A DNA stretch of 64,000 nucleotides from Gemmatimonadota bacterium (GCA_036679605.1 JAZDCZ010000407.1:32001-96000), one strand, 5' to 3'; positions 29,374 to 38,770 are shown, counted from the stretch's first letter. Numbers and translations: made by a program. The notes: generated by a model from the letters alone, not told the origin.

Positions 29374-29443
29374 AAAATGGGTCTGGGATCAATTTGGGTT
29401 ACCCCCATAAGCGTAAAAGCCCGCCGGCTATCCCAGACCCAAA

Positions 29444-29513
29444 AGCCGCCGACGGGAGTCGAACCCGCGATCTCTTTTTTACCGAAAAAGTCTTCCAACT
29501 GAGCTACAGCGGC
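29444..29513 (-). tRNA. tRNA-Thr(GGT), ~3-nt deletion at the D-stem 3' side
   Basis: GCCGCTG/CGGCGGC-T; CTTTT-TCGGTAA-AAAAG. Confidence 0.7.
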
Positions 29514-29522
29514 GTACCAACG

Positions 29523-29556
29523 AAAAAAGCCCCGAAGACTTTCGTCTCCGGGGCTT
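29523..29556 (-). terminator. Intrinsic terminator (putative attenuator) upstream of the tRNA array
   Basis: AAGCCCCGGAGAC-GAAA-GTCTTCGGGGCTT then T-run. Confidence 0.9.
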
Positions 29557-29581
29557 CGCAAATTCAGTTCAATGCGAAAGC

Positions 29582-29680
29582 TTAGCCGAGGACGCACCTC
29601 CGTCCGCGCGTACCATTATTGGTTGTCCCGGCCATGTCGTTACGGAATGTAGATGCGCTCGTTTGCATAACTTTCACCAT
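29582..29680 (-). CDS. Putative attenuator leader peptide MVKVMQTSASTFRNDMAGTTNNGTRGRRCVLG
   Basis: Lies between promoter and terminator; Thr/Asn/Gly/Arg/Met codons match the array anticodons; alternative ATG starts at 29668 and 29635. Confidence 0.65.
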   Translation of the reverse strand: MVKVMQTSASTFRNDMAGTTNNGTRGRRCVLG

Positions 29681-29684
29681 TTCC

Positions 29685-29713
29685 AGTGTATCGCGCCACC
29701 GAGCCATAGTCAA
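29685..29713 (-). promoter_or_regulatory. sigma70-type promoter of the leader and tRNA array
   Basis: TTGACT-N17-TACACT. Confidence 0.8.
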
Positions 29714-29859
29714 ACGGAAATTTTTGTCTACCACATGGCGACCGTACATACCAGTGTCAGGAATAGTATCCAGAGTCCTCTCTTCAGGCCTTCCGAATCC
29801 GTACCTAAAATGTTCAAAAGCCTGCCCATGCCGAATTATAGGCTTGCCAAGCCGCCGAA

Positions 29860-31758
29860 TCAATGTACTTCAAACTCTGCGTCTATGACATCGTCCTTTT
29901 CCGGCGGATCATTATCACCCCCTTCTTGGCCATCATCGACCGTCGCTCTTTGTGTTGCCTCGTATATCGCCTTGCCCATCTCCTGCGCGTCGCACATGAG
30001 CGAATCTCTAGCCTTCTCGATGGCGACCGTGTCGTCGCCTTTCAGAGTATCCCGTAGGGAAGACACGCTGGATTCGATCTTGGATCTTGTCTCTGCCTGT
30101 ACTTTGTCCCCGAACTCCTCAAGCTGTTTCTCCGTCTGAAATGCCAGTGCGTCTGCCTGATTTCGAAGCGCGACCAGCTCAGCCTTCTTTTTGTCGTCGT
30201 CGGCGAAGGCCTCTGCGTCCCGTTTCATGCGTTCGATTTCATCTTTGCTAATCCCACCGCCGTCCTCTATCCTGATGGACTGCTCTTTTCCGGTGGCCTT
30301 GTCCTTGGCGGACACGCTGATGATCCCGTTTCTGTCGATGTCGAATGCCACATCAATTTGTGGTACGCCACGTGGGGCAGACGCTATGCCGGAGAGGTTG
30401 AATCTGCCGAGCGTGCGGTTGTCGGTCGCCATCGGGCGATCGCCCTGTAGCACATGCACTGTGACTTCCGTCTGACCATCTGCTGCGGTGGAGAATGTCT
30501 CCGACTTGGATGTCGGGATGGTCGTGTTGGCGTCGATGAGCTTGGTGGTTACGCCGCCAAGGGTCTCCAACCCCAAAGCGAGCGGCGTGATGTCGAGCAG
30601 GACGATGTCGTCCTTGTCGCCGGACAGTATAGCTCCTTGGATTGCCGCGCCGATAGCTACCACCTCATCGGGGTTGACACCCTTGCTCGGCTCCTTGCCG
30701 AACAGTTCGTGGCATAGTTCCCGCACGGCTGGTATCCTAGTCGATCCGCCGACCAGTACTACCTCGTCGATGTCCTTTGCGGTCAGTTTGGCACCAGAGA
30801 GCGCGTCAGCGACTGGCTTTCGGCATCTGCTGGTCAGTTTGGAGGTGATTTGCTCAAACTTGCTCCGATTGATGGTTTCTTGTAGATGTTTGGGACCAGT
30901 GTCGGTGGCGGTGATGTACGGCAGATTCACGGTAGACTCCACTGCGGTGGACAGTTCACACTTCGCCTTCTCGGCTGCCTCCCTAAGCCTCTGCCGAGAC
31001 GCTGGATCTGTCAAGATGTCCACCCCCTCCTGCTTGCGGAATCCCTTGGCCAAGTGCGCGACTAACGCCTCGTCGTAGTCGTCGCCGCCGAGATGGCCGT
31101 CGCCGCTGGTACTCAAGACTTCAAAGGTGCCGACATCTGGGTCGATTTCCAGAATGGACACATCGAAGGTACCCCCGCCAAGGTCAAACACCGCGATTCG
31201 CTGCTCCTTTTTTTTGTCGAGTCCATAGGCAAGTGCGGCTGCCGTCGGTTCATTGATGATGCGCTCGACCTTTAGGCCAGCGATCTCCCCAGCGTCCTTG
31301 GTGGCTTTTCGCTGCGCGTCGTTGAAGTATGCGGGGACCGTGATGACTGCCCGCTCAACCTTCTCGCCGAGATAGGCTTCTGCGGTGTTTTTTAGGTCCT
31401 GCAGGATCATGGCACTGATCTCCGCCGGCCCGTATTCCTTGTCTTGAATCTTTATCTTGACTGGGTTCTTGCCTTTGCTGCTGATGACTTTATAGGCAAC
31501 GCCCTTGTCTGCTTCGGACACTTCGCTGCCCCGCCGCCCCATGAACCGTTTGATTGAATGTACTGTGTTCTCGGCGTTTGTGATCTGCTGGTGATGGGCT
31601 GTTTTCCCCACTAGGCGTTCACCCTTGGCCGTTATGCCGACCACGGACGGTGTAGTGCGTGAACCCTGTTCATTCGTCAGCACCTTGGCCACATCGCCCT
31701 CCATCACCGCCACAACCGAGTTTGTCGTTCCCAGATCGATACCTATGATTTTTGTCAT
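29860..31758 (-). CDS. dnaK: Chaperone DnaK
   Basis: [43 protein letters not shown]. Confidence 0.98.
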   Translation of the reverse strand: MTKIIGIDLGTTNSVVAVMEGDVAKVLTNEQGSRTTPSVVGITAKGERLVGKTAHHQQITNAENTVHSIKRFMGRRGSEVSEADKGVAYKVISSKGKNPVKIKIQDKEYGPAEISAMILQDLKNTAEAYLGEKVERAVITVPAYFNDAQRKATKDAGEIAGLKVERIINEPTAAALAYGLDKKKEQRIAVFDLGGGTFDVSILEIDPDVGTFEVLSTSGDGHLGGDDYDEALVAHLAKGFRKQEGVDILTDPASRQRLREAAEKAKCELSTAVESTVNLPYITATDTGPKHLQETINRSKFEQITSKLTSRCRKPVADALSGAKLTAKDIDEVVLVGGSTRIPAVRELCHELFGKEPSKGVNPDEVVAIGAAIQGAILSGDKDDIVLLDITPLALGLETLGGVTTKLIDANTTIPTSKSETFSTAADGQTEVTVHVLQGDRPMATDNRTLGRFNLSGIASAPRGVPQIDVAFDIDRNGIISVSAKDKATGKEQSIRIEDGGGISKDEIERMKRDAEAFADDDKKKAELVALRNQADALAFQTEKQLEEFGDKVQAETRSKIESSVSSLRDTLKGDDTVAIEKARDSLMCDAQEMGKAIYEATQRATVDDGQEGGDNDPPEKDDVIDAEFEVH

Positions 31759-31808
31759 GTCGTGCTCCTTGTGAAAAAGTGTCCTCTATCCTTACTATAC
31801 CCGTAACA

Positions 31809-31823
31809 GCAAGTCATGTGCCA
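31809..31823 (-). promoter_or_regulatory. sigma54 -24/-12 promoter of dnaK
   Basis: TGGCAC-N5-TTGC; TGCCA/TGGCA repeats at ~31862-31894. Confidence 0.75.
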
Positions 31824-31937
31824 CGCGAAAACCTACTTCTGTCCGTGTAAACCGCCCCTATTGCCAGTTCCTTGCTGCCAATATGGCACTTGGCAGGCAG
31901 TCCGCTGTTGTTTTCTTTTCGGATTCCGCCATAGTAT

Positions 31938-32642
31938 ATGAGACTCTACGGGTTTATGGTCGTGAGGAACGAGGCCGACATCGTCTCTGAGTCCATCACA
32001 CATAACCTCGCGATGCTTGACGCGATAGCTGTGACGGACAATGGTTCCGATGATGGCACATGGGAGATACTTCAGAGCCTCGCCGCGAGGGATGACCGCA
32101 TATGCCTTTTCCGGGATTTAGCGCCTTTCAACCACCGAGTGTTCCACCGCAGCGCAATGATGGTTCGCCGCATAGGCTGGCGCCGCCGACGGGGCGATTG
32201 GGTGGTGCAGTGTGACTGCGACGAGATGTACGAGAGTGATGTGAGGGCAGTGTGCGAAGCCTCGGCGGATCACGATCTAATACTTGGACGCAAGTGGATG
32301 TTCACATTGCTGCCAGATACGCCGACTGAGGGGCCTGTGCGCGAGAGGGTCAGGTGGCACCATCCCAAGCCACATGTCGAGCTTAGGGCGTACCGTAACC
32401 CGCGATGGTTTTTCGTGCGGGCAGTCGAGACAAGGTATGGGCTGAGCATATCCCCACTCCGTCTCGATATCGCGCATTACCAATACCGCAGCCCAGAACA
32501 GGTGGAGTCTCGACTCGCCGTGCGGCATCTGGCCGCCGAGACGCATGATCTGGAATGGTGGCGTCGGAGTCCACTGGGCGTCGCGTCTAGCAGCAGGGGA
32601 CTCGTTCGCCGAGACATTCTGGACGGTTGGAGGTCCTCATGA
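31938..32642 (+). CDS. GT2-like glycosyltransferase
   Basis: VRNEADI, DNGSDDGT, CDCDE, HYQYRS. Confidence 0.85.
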   Translation: MRLYGFMVVRNEADIVSESITHNLAMLDAIAVTDNGSDDGTWEILQSLAARDDRICLFRDLAPFNHRVFHRSAMMVRRIGWRRRRGDWVVQCDCDEMYESDVRAVCEASADHDLILGRKWMFTLLPDTPTEGPVRERVRWHHPKPHVELRAYRNPRWFFVRAVETRYGLSISPLRLDIAHYQYRSPEQVESRLAVRHLAAETHDLEWWRRSPLGVASSSRGLVRRDILDGWRSS

Positions 32643-33445
32643 CGCCAGTCGTATGGGGTATTATGCTGGCGAAGGACGAGGCTGACATTGTCGGCACGAA
32701 CATCCGGCATCACTTGGCCTTGGGGCTGTCTGGCTTCGTCGTGTTTGATAACATGAGTCGCGACGGCACTGGCGACATTGCCAGATCACTTGACGTCGAT
32801 GTATTTTTGGACGAGGAGGTGGCCTTCTGCCAGCAGACCAAGAACCGCCGCATGACAGAGAAAGCGTCGTTGTTAGGTGCCGAGTGGGTACTGGCAGTGG
32901 ACGCCGATGAGCTGTGGTATCCCACCCACGACAAGACGATACCGGAGGCGATTGCATCCCTGCCGCTAGGGACGGACGCCGTCCGCGCCCTCTCATTTGA
33001 TCATGTATGTTGCGAGTTGGACGACGAGTCTGAGGCCGATCCTGTCCTGCGCATGGGCTGGCGGCGGAACAGACCGAGCATAGGCAAAGTAGCGCACCGA
33101 TGCCTGCCTGGCGCGTACGCGTGGGGCGGGAACGAGAGTTGGGTACTCGACGGTGAGGTGAAGGAACCTGACCCGTGTAATTGTCTCCGCATACGGCATT
33201 ATTCCGTACGGGGACTATCCCACCTGAAGCGGAAGGCTGCGAACGGTTGGAGAGCCGTGAATGGACAGCCGGGCGTGAGCAGGAGAGCCTGCGGCCACTG
33301 GCGCAAATGGTATCGTAAGTACCGGGACGATCCTGTGTGGTTCCGGTCGTATTTTGAGGGAAAGGTGCGATTGAACCAGGGTAGGATTGCGCGGGAGTCC
33401 GGCGGTTGGGTTGAGGATCCCTTCACGCCAGCGCATTTGCGGTAA
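32639..33445 (+). CDS. GT2-like glycosyltransferase (paralog of the upstream gene)
   Basis: KDEADI, DNMSRDGT, VDADE, RHYSVR. Confidence 0.85.
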   Translation: MTPVVWGIMLAKDEADIVGTNIRHHLALGLSGFVVFDNMSRDGTGDIARSLDVDVFLDEEVAFCQQTKNRRMTEKASLLGAEWVLAVDADELWYPTHDKTIPEAIASLPLGTDAVRALSFDHVCCELDDESEADPVLRMGWRRNRPSIGKVAHRCLPGAYAWGGNESWVLDGEVKEPDPCNCLRIRHYSVRGLSHLKRKAANGWRAVNGQPGVSRRACGHWRKWYRKYRDDPVWFRSYFEGKVRLNQGRIARESGGWVEDPFTPAHLR

Positions 33446-33450
33446 GTCGA

Positions 33451-33572
33451 TGTCAATCAGCCGAAATGCAGGACTTGTTACACGCCGATAGCGTGTGACA
33501 TTTCCAGCATTACGATGCGGCAGGCTTTCAGCTTAGTTGCAAGCCACCGGCCTTGTGCCGGTGGTAATTGAC
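33451..33572 (+). repeat. Stand-alone right end / omegaRNA-region copy of element A
   Basis: 122 bp matching 9951-10072 with 2 mismatches. Confidence 0.9.
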
Positions 33573-33578
33573 TTTGAA

Positions 33579-34553
33579 TTACCAGCCGAGCAAATAGGCG
33601 AACATCAGGGGTACTACTATCGTTGCGTCTGACTCGATGACAAACCTTGGCGTGTCCGGCGTCAGCTTACCCCATGTGATTTTTTCGTTCGGCACAGCGC
33701 CGGAGTAGGAACCATAGCTGGTGGTGCTATCGCTCACTTGACAGAAGTATTCCCAGCACCGCACCTCCTGTGTCTCCCCGACCGCGACAGGCAAATCCTT
33801 CGCGATCAGCGGTACGACGCATATGGGAAAGTCGCCTGCGATACCGCCGCCTATCTGGAAGAACCCAGTCGGCGAGTCCTCGTTGTTCTGGTACCAGCGC
33901 ACGAGCTCTTTCATGTAGTCCACGCCCGATTTCACGCACGGTTTCGGCAATCTACCGTTGATAAGGCAGGCGGCGTAGCCGTTGCCGAGGGTGGAATCCT
34001 CCCAGCCAGGTACGAAGATTGGCAGGCCTGCCTCCGCAGCGGCTAGGAGCCAACTCGCGGATGGGTCGATACAATACTGACCCTTCAGGTCACCTTCCAG
34101 CAGGGCGGTGCACAGGAACTCGTGAGGGAAAAAGGTCTCGCCAGCTTCGCAGGCGCGGAGCCATCTCGGACGGAGGACATCTTCCAAACGCACCATCGCG
34201 TCCTCTGGTATACAGGTATCGGTGACTCGGCTCATGCCGCTATCATAGATGATTTGCTCCTCGCTCGGCGAGAGGTGTCTGTAGTCCGGCATCCTCTGGT
34301 AACCGTCCGCCGCGATGAGATTGTAAATGTCCTCCTCTAGGTTGGCTCCAGTGCAGCAGATGGCATGGACCTTATCTTGGCGTATCATCTCGGCTAAGGA
34401 AAGGCCGATCTCCGCCGTACTCATCGCGCCAGCCATGGTGAGGAGCATCTTGCCGTCCCGATTCAGCAGTCTCTCATATTCTCTGGAAGCGTCCCTTAGA
34501 GTGGCAGCGTTGAAGTGCCGGAAGTGTCTGTCCACGAATTGCCGAATGTCCAT
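33579..34553 (-). CDS. Deoxyhypusine synthase-like protein (bacterial homospermidine synthase type)
   Basis: HFNAA, AGAMSTAE, TGANLEED, IGGGIAGDF, GSYSGAVPNEKITWGK. Confidence 0.92.
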   Translation of the reverse strand: MDIRQFVDRHFRHFNAATLRDASREYERLLNRDGKMLLTMAGAMSTAEIGLSLAEMIRQDKVHAICCTGANLEEDIYNLIAADGYQRMPDYRHLSPSEEQIIYDSGMSRVTDTCIPEDAMVRLEDVLRPRWLRACEAGETFFPHEFLCTALLEGDLKGQYCIDPSASWLLAAAEAGLPIFVPGWEDSTLGNGYAACLINGRLPKPCVKSGVDYMKELVRWYQNNEDSPTGFFQIGGGIAGDFPICVVPLIAKDLPVAVGETQEVRCWEYFCQVSDSTTSYGSYSGAVPNEKITWGKLTPDTPRFVIESDATIVVPLMFAYLLGW

Positions 34554-34927
34554 TCCTTCTCCTCTGTTATTTTCCACGCGCGGTCGATTAGCTTGGCCCG
34601 ACCATCAAAAGGTGACCATAACGAGTCGATGTGCATCAACACCGCTTTGGACCGGAACGCCATACAGGAATAGAGGCAGAAGCTAAGCCTGCCAGACTCG
34701 TCCGACTCTGCCGACCACCAATGGAACGCCGCGTGGGATGTGCTGATGACCAGTATTCCTGTGATGCCTTCGTTCCCTTCGTCCAAACATTTTACACACC
34801 GCGCTGGCATGAGTGTATTCATGCCCACCAATGGCGGCAGGGCGTCCAGCCACGCCGTGCAGGCGGCGATGTCTGGGGTAGCTGCCACGCGGGCGTTGAC
34901 CATTAGATGCATGTGTTGGCTCGGCAT
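34496..34927 (-). CDS. speD: S-adenosylmethionine decarboxylase-like pyruvoyl enzyme
   Basis: HMHL, GNEGITG..VISTSH..FH.W, YSC..F. Confidence 0.8.
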   Translation of the reverse strand: MPSQHMHLMVNARVAATPDIAACTAWLDALPPLVGMNTLMPARCVKCLDEGNEGITGILVISTSHAAFHWWSAESDESGRLSFCLYSCMAFRSKAVLMHIDSLWSPFDGRAKLIDRAWKITEEKEWTFGNSWTDTSGTSTLPL

Positions 34928-35046
34928 TCAGGTTGCGTGTGCAACTAGAACAAAATAATAAGCTGACACAAAGGCTCTGGAATCCCACCGTGATGGTGAA
35001 TGCCTCGCCAAGCAGAAACCTACGAGTGTGTCATATATAATAGTGT

Positions 35047-35613
35047 GTCAATTACCACCGGCACAAGGCCAGTGGCTTGCAACTTGGGTTGCGCGCAATC
35101 GCCTTCTGGAGGAACGAGTGCCTTTTGCCTGCAATGTGCTTCTGTTGTGGCCGTAGCGCCGCTTCGCGGCTCCAATGCTGGACTTGCCAAGTGTTCGCAC
35201 GCTGTAGCATTTTCTGCATCACAGTCAAGCATGATCCTGAACCGCTTGCCGATGCAGGACAGAGTCAGAAGACTGCCTCTCATGGAGAGTGTGCGAAGGT
35301 TATACCTGACGCTAAGCGTGTTCTTCGTGGGAGTTTTCCACTCACCCTTGTTGCCCAGGATGCGATTCGCGGATGCCGCGATAGAGTCCCTCATGGGCTT
35401 TCTGTTTGCTATATGTTCGATTCTCCGTCGCCCATTTGGTGTGTTCGTCGAAGATTTCGACACAAGTCTCCAACATGGGCAGAAACCTGTCCTTCGGAAG
35501 GTCCGGGCACAACGACACTGTACGAACCATTTTCATATGACATTCTATCTAAAGGAGGAATGCGGGGGTTCACTTTCCTCCACCGGCACGAGACGTGTCC
35601 CCGCTCACATTTT
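35047..35613 (-). mobile_element. IS200/IS605-type tnpB element, copy D (multiple deletions)
   Basis: TTCAT on the minus strand, left end, MKMVRTVSL fragments, right end GGTAATTGAC. Confidence 0.9.
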
Positions 35614-36717
35614 ATGAAGCTGGATTTCGCTGAATTTTTCGCTGGCATGGGGCTTGTCCGTGTTGGTTTGGAGCCGTTTTGGCAATGTTGCTATGCCAAC
35701 GATATAGATGCCATAAAGGGCAAAATGTACCAAGCATTGTTTCCGGACTCCGCCGAGTTCCACTTGTGCGACATTTGGGAGACCGACGAGGTGATATTGC
35801 GGGCAGGTTCGCCCTTCCTTGTGACTGCGTCCTTCCCGTGTACAGATCTCTCACTCGCTGGCGTGCAGCGTGGCCTGTCTGGAGCTGGCTCCGGAGCTTT
35901 CCATGGCTTAATGCTTGTCATGCACGAATGGCTGTCGGCGGGCAAACTTCCGCCCATGGTCATGTTGGAGAATGTACACGGGTTCGTCACTGGCCGCAGT
36001 GGGCGGGATTTCAGGACAGTGTGTGGCGAGTTGCGGTCGCTTGGCTATTCGCTTGATGCGATTTCCCTAGACGCGAGGCATTTCACGCCTCAAAGCAGGC
36101 CTCGCATCTTCATCGTCGGGTTTCTTGGGGAACCGCCTGACAATATGTTTGGCGAGAGGCCGACGATCCTACGCCCACCTGCATTGGTGTCCGCGATGGC
36201 ATTAGAGGGCGGGCGGTGGTCTGGCTTCCGGTTCTCTGAGCCGCCGGAGATGAATGTTCCGTTGGAATCCATTTTGGACTCTGGGGATGGCCAAGATTGG
36301 TGGACTGAGGAACAGGTTGATAGGCATGCCGCTAGTATGAGCCGCGCACACAAAGATCGCCTCGCAAGCATTGTTCCGGCAGTCGTACCAGCGTTCAGGA
36401 GGACGCGCAATGGAAAAGTGAGGCTTGAGGTGCGGTTTGACGGATTGGCAGGTTGTCTCCGGACGCCCCGCGGTGGCAGCGGGAGGCAGATCATCGTGAG
36501 GGCGGCTATCGACGGAAGTCTGGCGATGAGGTGGATGACATCCACAGAGTACGCTCGGCTTCAGGGCGCGCCGCATCCAGGCATCGCCGTCTCTGAAAGG
36601 CAAGCGATGTTCGGTTTCGGCGACGCCGTGTGTGTGCCAGTGATTTCTTGGTTGAATCACAATCTTCTGTCGCCTCTGGCCACCCACCTCCGCCGGGAAC
36701 TAGCTAGAATCCACTGA
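35614..36717 (+). CDS. DNA (cytosine-5) methyltransferase
   Basis: EFFAGMG, SFPCTDLS, LENV, QSRPR, EYARLQG, FGDAV. Confidence 0.93.
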   Translation: MKLDFAEFFAGMGLVRVGLEPFWQCCYANDIDAIKGKMYQALFPDSAEFHLCDIWETDEVILRAGSPFLVTASFPCTDLSLAGVQRGLSGAGSGAFHGLMLVMHEWLSAGKLPPMVMLENVHGFVTGRSGRDFRTVCGELRSLGYSLDAISLDARHFTPQSRPRIFIVGFLGEPPDNMFGERPTILRPPALVSAMALEGGRWSGFRFSEPPEMNVPLESILDSGDGQDWWTEEQVDRHAASMSRAHKDRLASIVPAVVPAFRRTRNGKVRLEVRFDGLAGCLRTPRGGSGRQIIVRAAIDGSLAMRWMTSTEYARLQGAPHPGIAVSERQAMFGFGDAVCVPVISWLNHNLLSPLATHLRRELARIH

Positions 36718-37343
36718 TGAAGTTCCCCAACCTGAAGATAGTGCGGCACCCTTTGATCCAGGAGAAACTTACGCGCATCCGCGACAGACACACGGGTAGC
36801 CCAGAATTCAGGATCCTACTTTCGGAGATCGCGGAGTTGATGGCCTATGAGCTGACGGCGGATTTTCCCGTGAGGGATGTCGTGGTTGAGACCCCTCTCG
36901 CCGTCATGACTGGTGCTGAGTTGGCCATAGGCGTCACGCTTGTGCCGATAATACGAGCAGGACTAGGGATGTTGGACGGCATCTTGCGTTTGGTGCCGCA
37001 GGCTAAGGTTGGGCATGTTGGGATGTACAGGGATGAGGACACGCTTGAGCCAGTCGAGTATTACGGGAGATTGCCAAAGGATGCTGCCGACACCAATATC
37101 ATCGTCATCGACCCCATGCTCGCGACTGGCGGCTCATGTAGTGCGGCGGTGTCGAAGCTAGGGGAGTCGCACAGCGTGAGGGTGCTGTGTCTCGTGGCGT
37201 CGCCGGAGGGTGTTGCCCGCATGCTGGAGGATCACCCACTCGTGACGGTCTATGCGGCGGCGTTGGACGAGAGGCTCGACCACAGGGGATATATTCTGCC
37301 CGGACTGGGCGACGCGGGCGACCGCATATACGGCACAACATAA
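36717..37343 (+). CDS. upp: Uracil phosphoribosyltransferase
   Basis: HPLI, PIIRAGLGM, DPMLATGGS, GYILPGLGDAGDR. Confidence 0.97.
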   Translation: MKFPNLKIVRHPLIQEKLTRIRDRHTGSPEFRILLSEIAELMAYELTADFPVRDVVVETPLAVMTGAELAIGVTLVPIIRAGLGMLDGILRLVPQAKVGHVGMYRDEDTLEPVEYYGRLPKDAADTNIIVIDPMLATGGSCSAAVSKLGESHSVRVLCLVASPEGVARMLEDHPLVTVYAAALDERLDHRGYILPGLGDAGDRIYGTT

Positions 37344-37576
37344 AGGAGATACGATGCGAAGATCCGGTCAATTCAAGTCTGACCCTGAAATCCATGTTGC
37401 ATGGCCAGGTGTTTGCAAGAATTTGAGGATGCCATGAGTAAACTGAACTCGGTTTTGGACAGAGTCATCTATCGCGGCGATAAGGACAAGTTGGTGCTTG
37501 CCGTGAATCTGGCTATCTCCGCAGGGAAGGAAGCGCAGAGGGCACTAGAACAAGCATACGGGAAAAAGGAGGACAG

Positions 37577-38299
37577 ATGAGCGATGTGACCAAGAGCCGC
37601 CAGACATGCAGGGAATGCAAGAGTTCCAGTCAGGTCATCCGTGTGCGGTGGCAGGACGACTGCGGCGGCCCGACGATCGACTATGACAATCATATCTGTT
37701 TGGGGTGCGGGCTGTACGCGAATGGAAGCGGATGCAGCCTGGGCGAGCAGTCACTGAATGAGTACCAGAGGGAGTATGGATATATTGTCTCGCGGGAGAA
37801 CGCGGCGTACCGGAAACTGATGAACGCGGCGATCAAGGAGGCCAAGGCCGGGCTAGCCGAGGGCGGCATCCCGATAGGGGCAGTCCTGGGGACGCCTGGC
37901 GGTCGCATCCTGGCGAGGGGACACAACATGCGGGTCCAGGACGGGAACCCCATGGCGCACGCTGAGATCGCGTGCATGGCGGCCCTCGGTAGGGAAAGGG
38001 ACTTCAACGGTCTGGTGTTGGCGTCCACTCTGATGCCATGCATGATGTGCGCTGGCGCCGCGATACAGTTCGGTGTCGGCACCGTGCTCGTTGGCGACAG
38101 CCTGATGTTCAAAGGGGAGAGGGGACTCCTGGAGTTGCGGGGTGTGAAGGTGGAGGACATGTGCGACAAGAGGTGCACCGGCATGATGTCGCGCTTCATC
38201 CAAGACAACCCAGATCTGTGGAGCGAGGACATAGGCGTGAAGACGAAAAAGCGGGGTCGGAAGGCGCGCGCGAGCTGCGAATCGTGCGGAAGAAGGTAG
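37577..38299 (+). CDS. Cytosine deaminase-like (CDA superfamily) with an N-terminal Cys-rich extension
   Basis: EGGIPIGA, GHNMRVQ, HAE, PCMMC, W.EDIG. Confidence 0.88.
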   Translation: MSDVTKSRQTCRECKSSSQVIRVRWQDDCGGPTIDYDNHICLGCGLYANGSGCSLGEQSLNEYQREYGYIVSRENAAYRKLMNAAIKEAKAGLAEGGIPIGAVLGTPGGRILARGHNMRVQDGNPMAHAEIACMAALGRERDFNGLVLASTLMPCMMCAGAAIQFGVGTVLVGDSLMFKGERGLLELRGVKVEDMCDKRCTGMMSRFIQDNPDLWSEDIGVKTKKRGRKARASCESCGRR

Positions 38300-38314
38300 C
38301 CGACCTGCGTGCTC

Positions 38315-38599
38315 CTAGATGAACGGCGTCAGTTCCACCGAGTTCGCCGCAGGACGGGAACGGATTCCATTTCCTCCTCCGAGGAACATCTCTAGGATAT
38401 AAGACTTCGTGAATCCGTGCCACACGATCGGTGACATCTCGTCGCTGACGCATCGGGTGTAGAGAGTGAACAGTTCCCCCTTGGTCAACTTCATGAGGTC
38501 CGACTTCGTTGCTGTGAATGCCTCCAGCTTGCAGTCGCAGCATTCTTGAGGGCTGCAGCCGCAGGACAGTTTTTCCGGCTTCAAGTTGATTCCGATCAT
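38315..38599 (-). CDS. Hypothetical protein
   Basis: GGAG RBS; 94 aa. Confidence 0.5.
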   Translation of the reverse strand: MIGINLKPEKLSCGCSPQECCDCKLEAFTATKSDLMKLTKGELFTLYTRCVSDEMSPIVWHGFTKSYILEMFLGGGNGIRSRPAANSVELTPFI

Positions 38600-38770
38600 A
38601 TTCGCTCTCCGAGTTCTGTGAAAACGAGCGAATGGTCCGATATGGCGGTTAATAGTCGTTTTCCACCACCGTGAAGCTGATTCTCATCGTGTCAATCCCT
38701 TTCCCAGACGCCGTCCGGTCGCATGCGGAGGCGTTCCCTTCGGCGGCCTTCCAATTAGTCGGCGTCCGCG

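Noticed and set aside
29681..29863. 93-aa ORF coupled to dnaK
   Set aside because: An internal sigma70 promoter at 29685-29713 suggests only the last 32 codons form the real unit; the longer form cannot be fully excluded.
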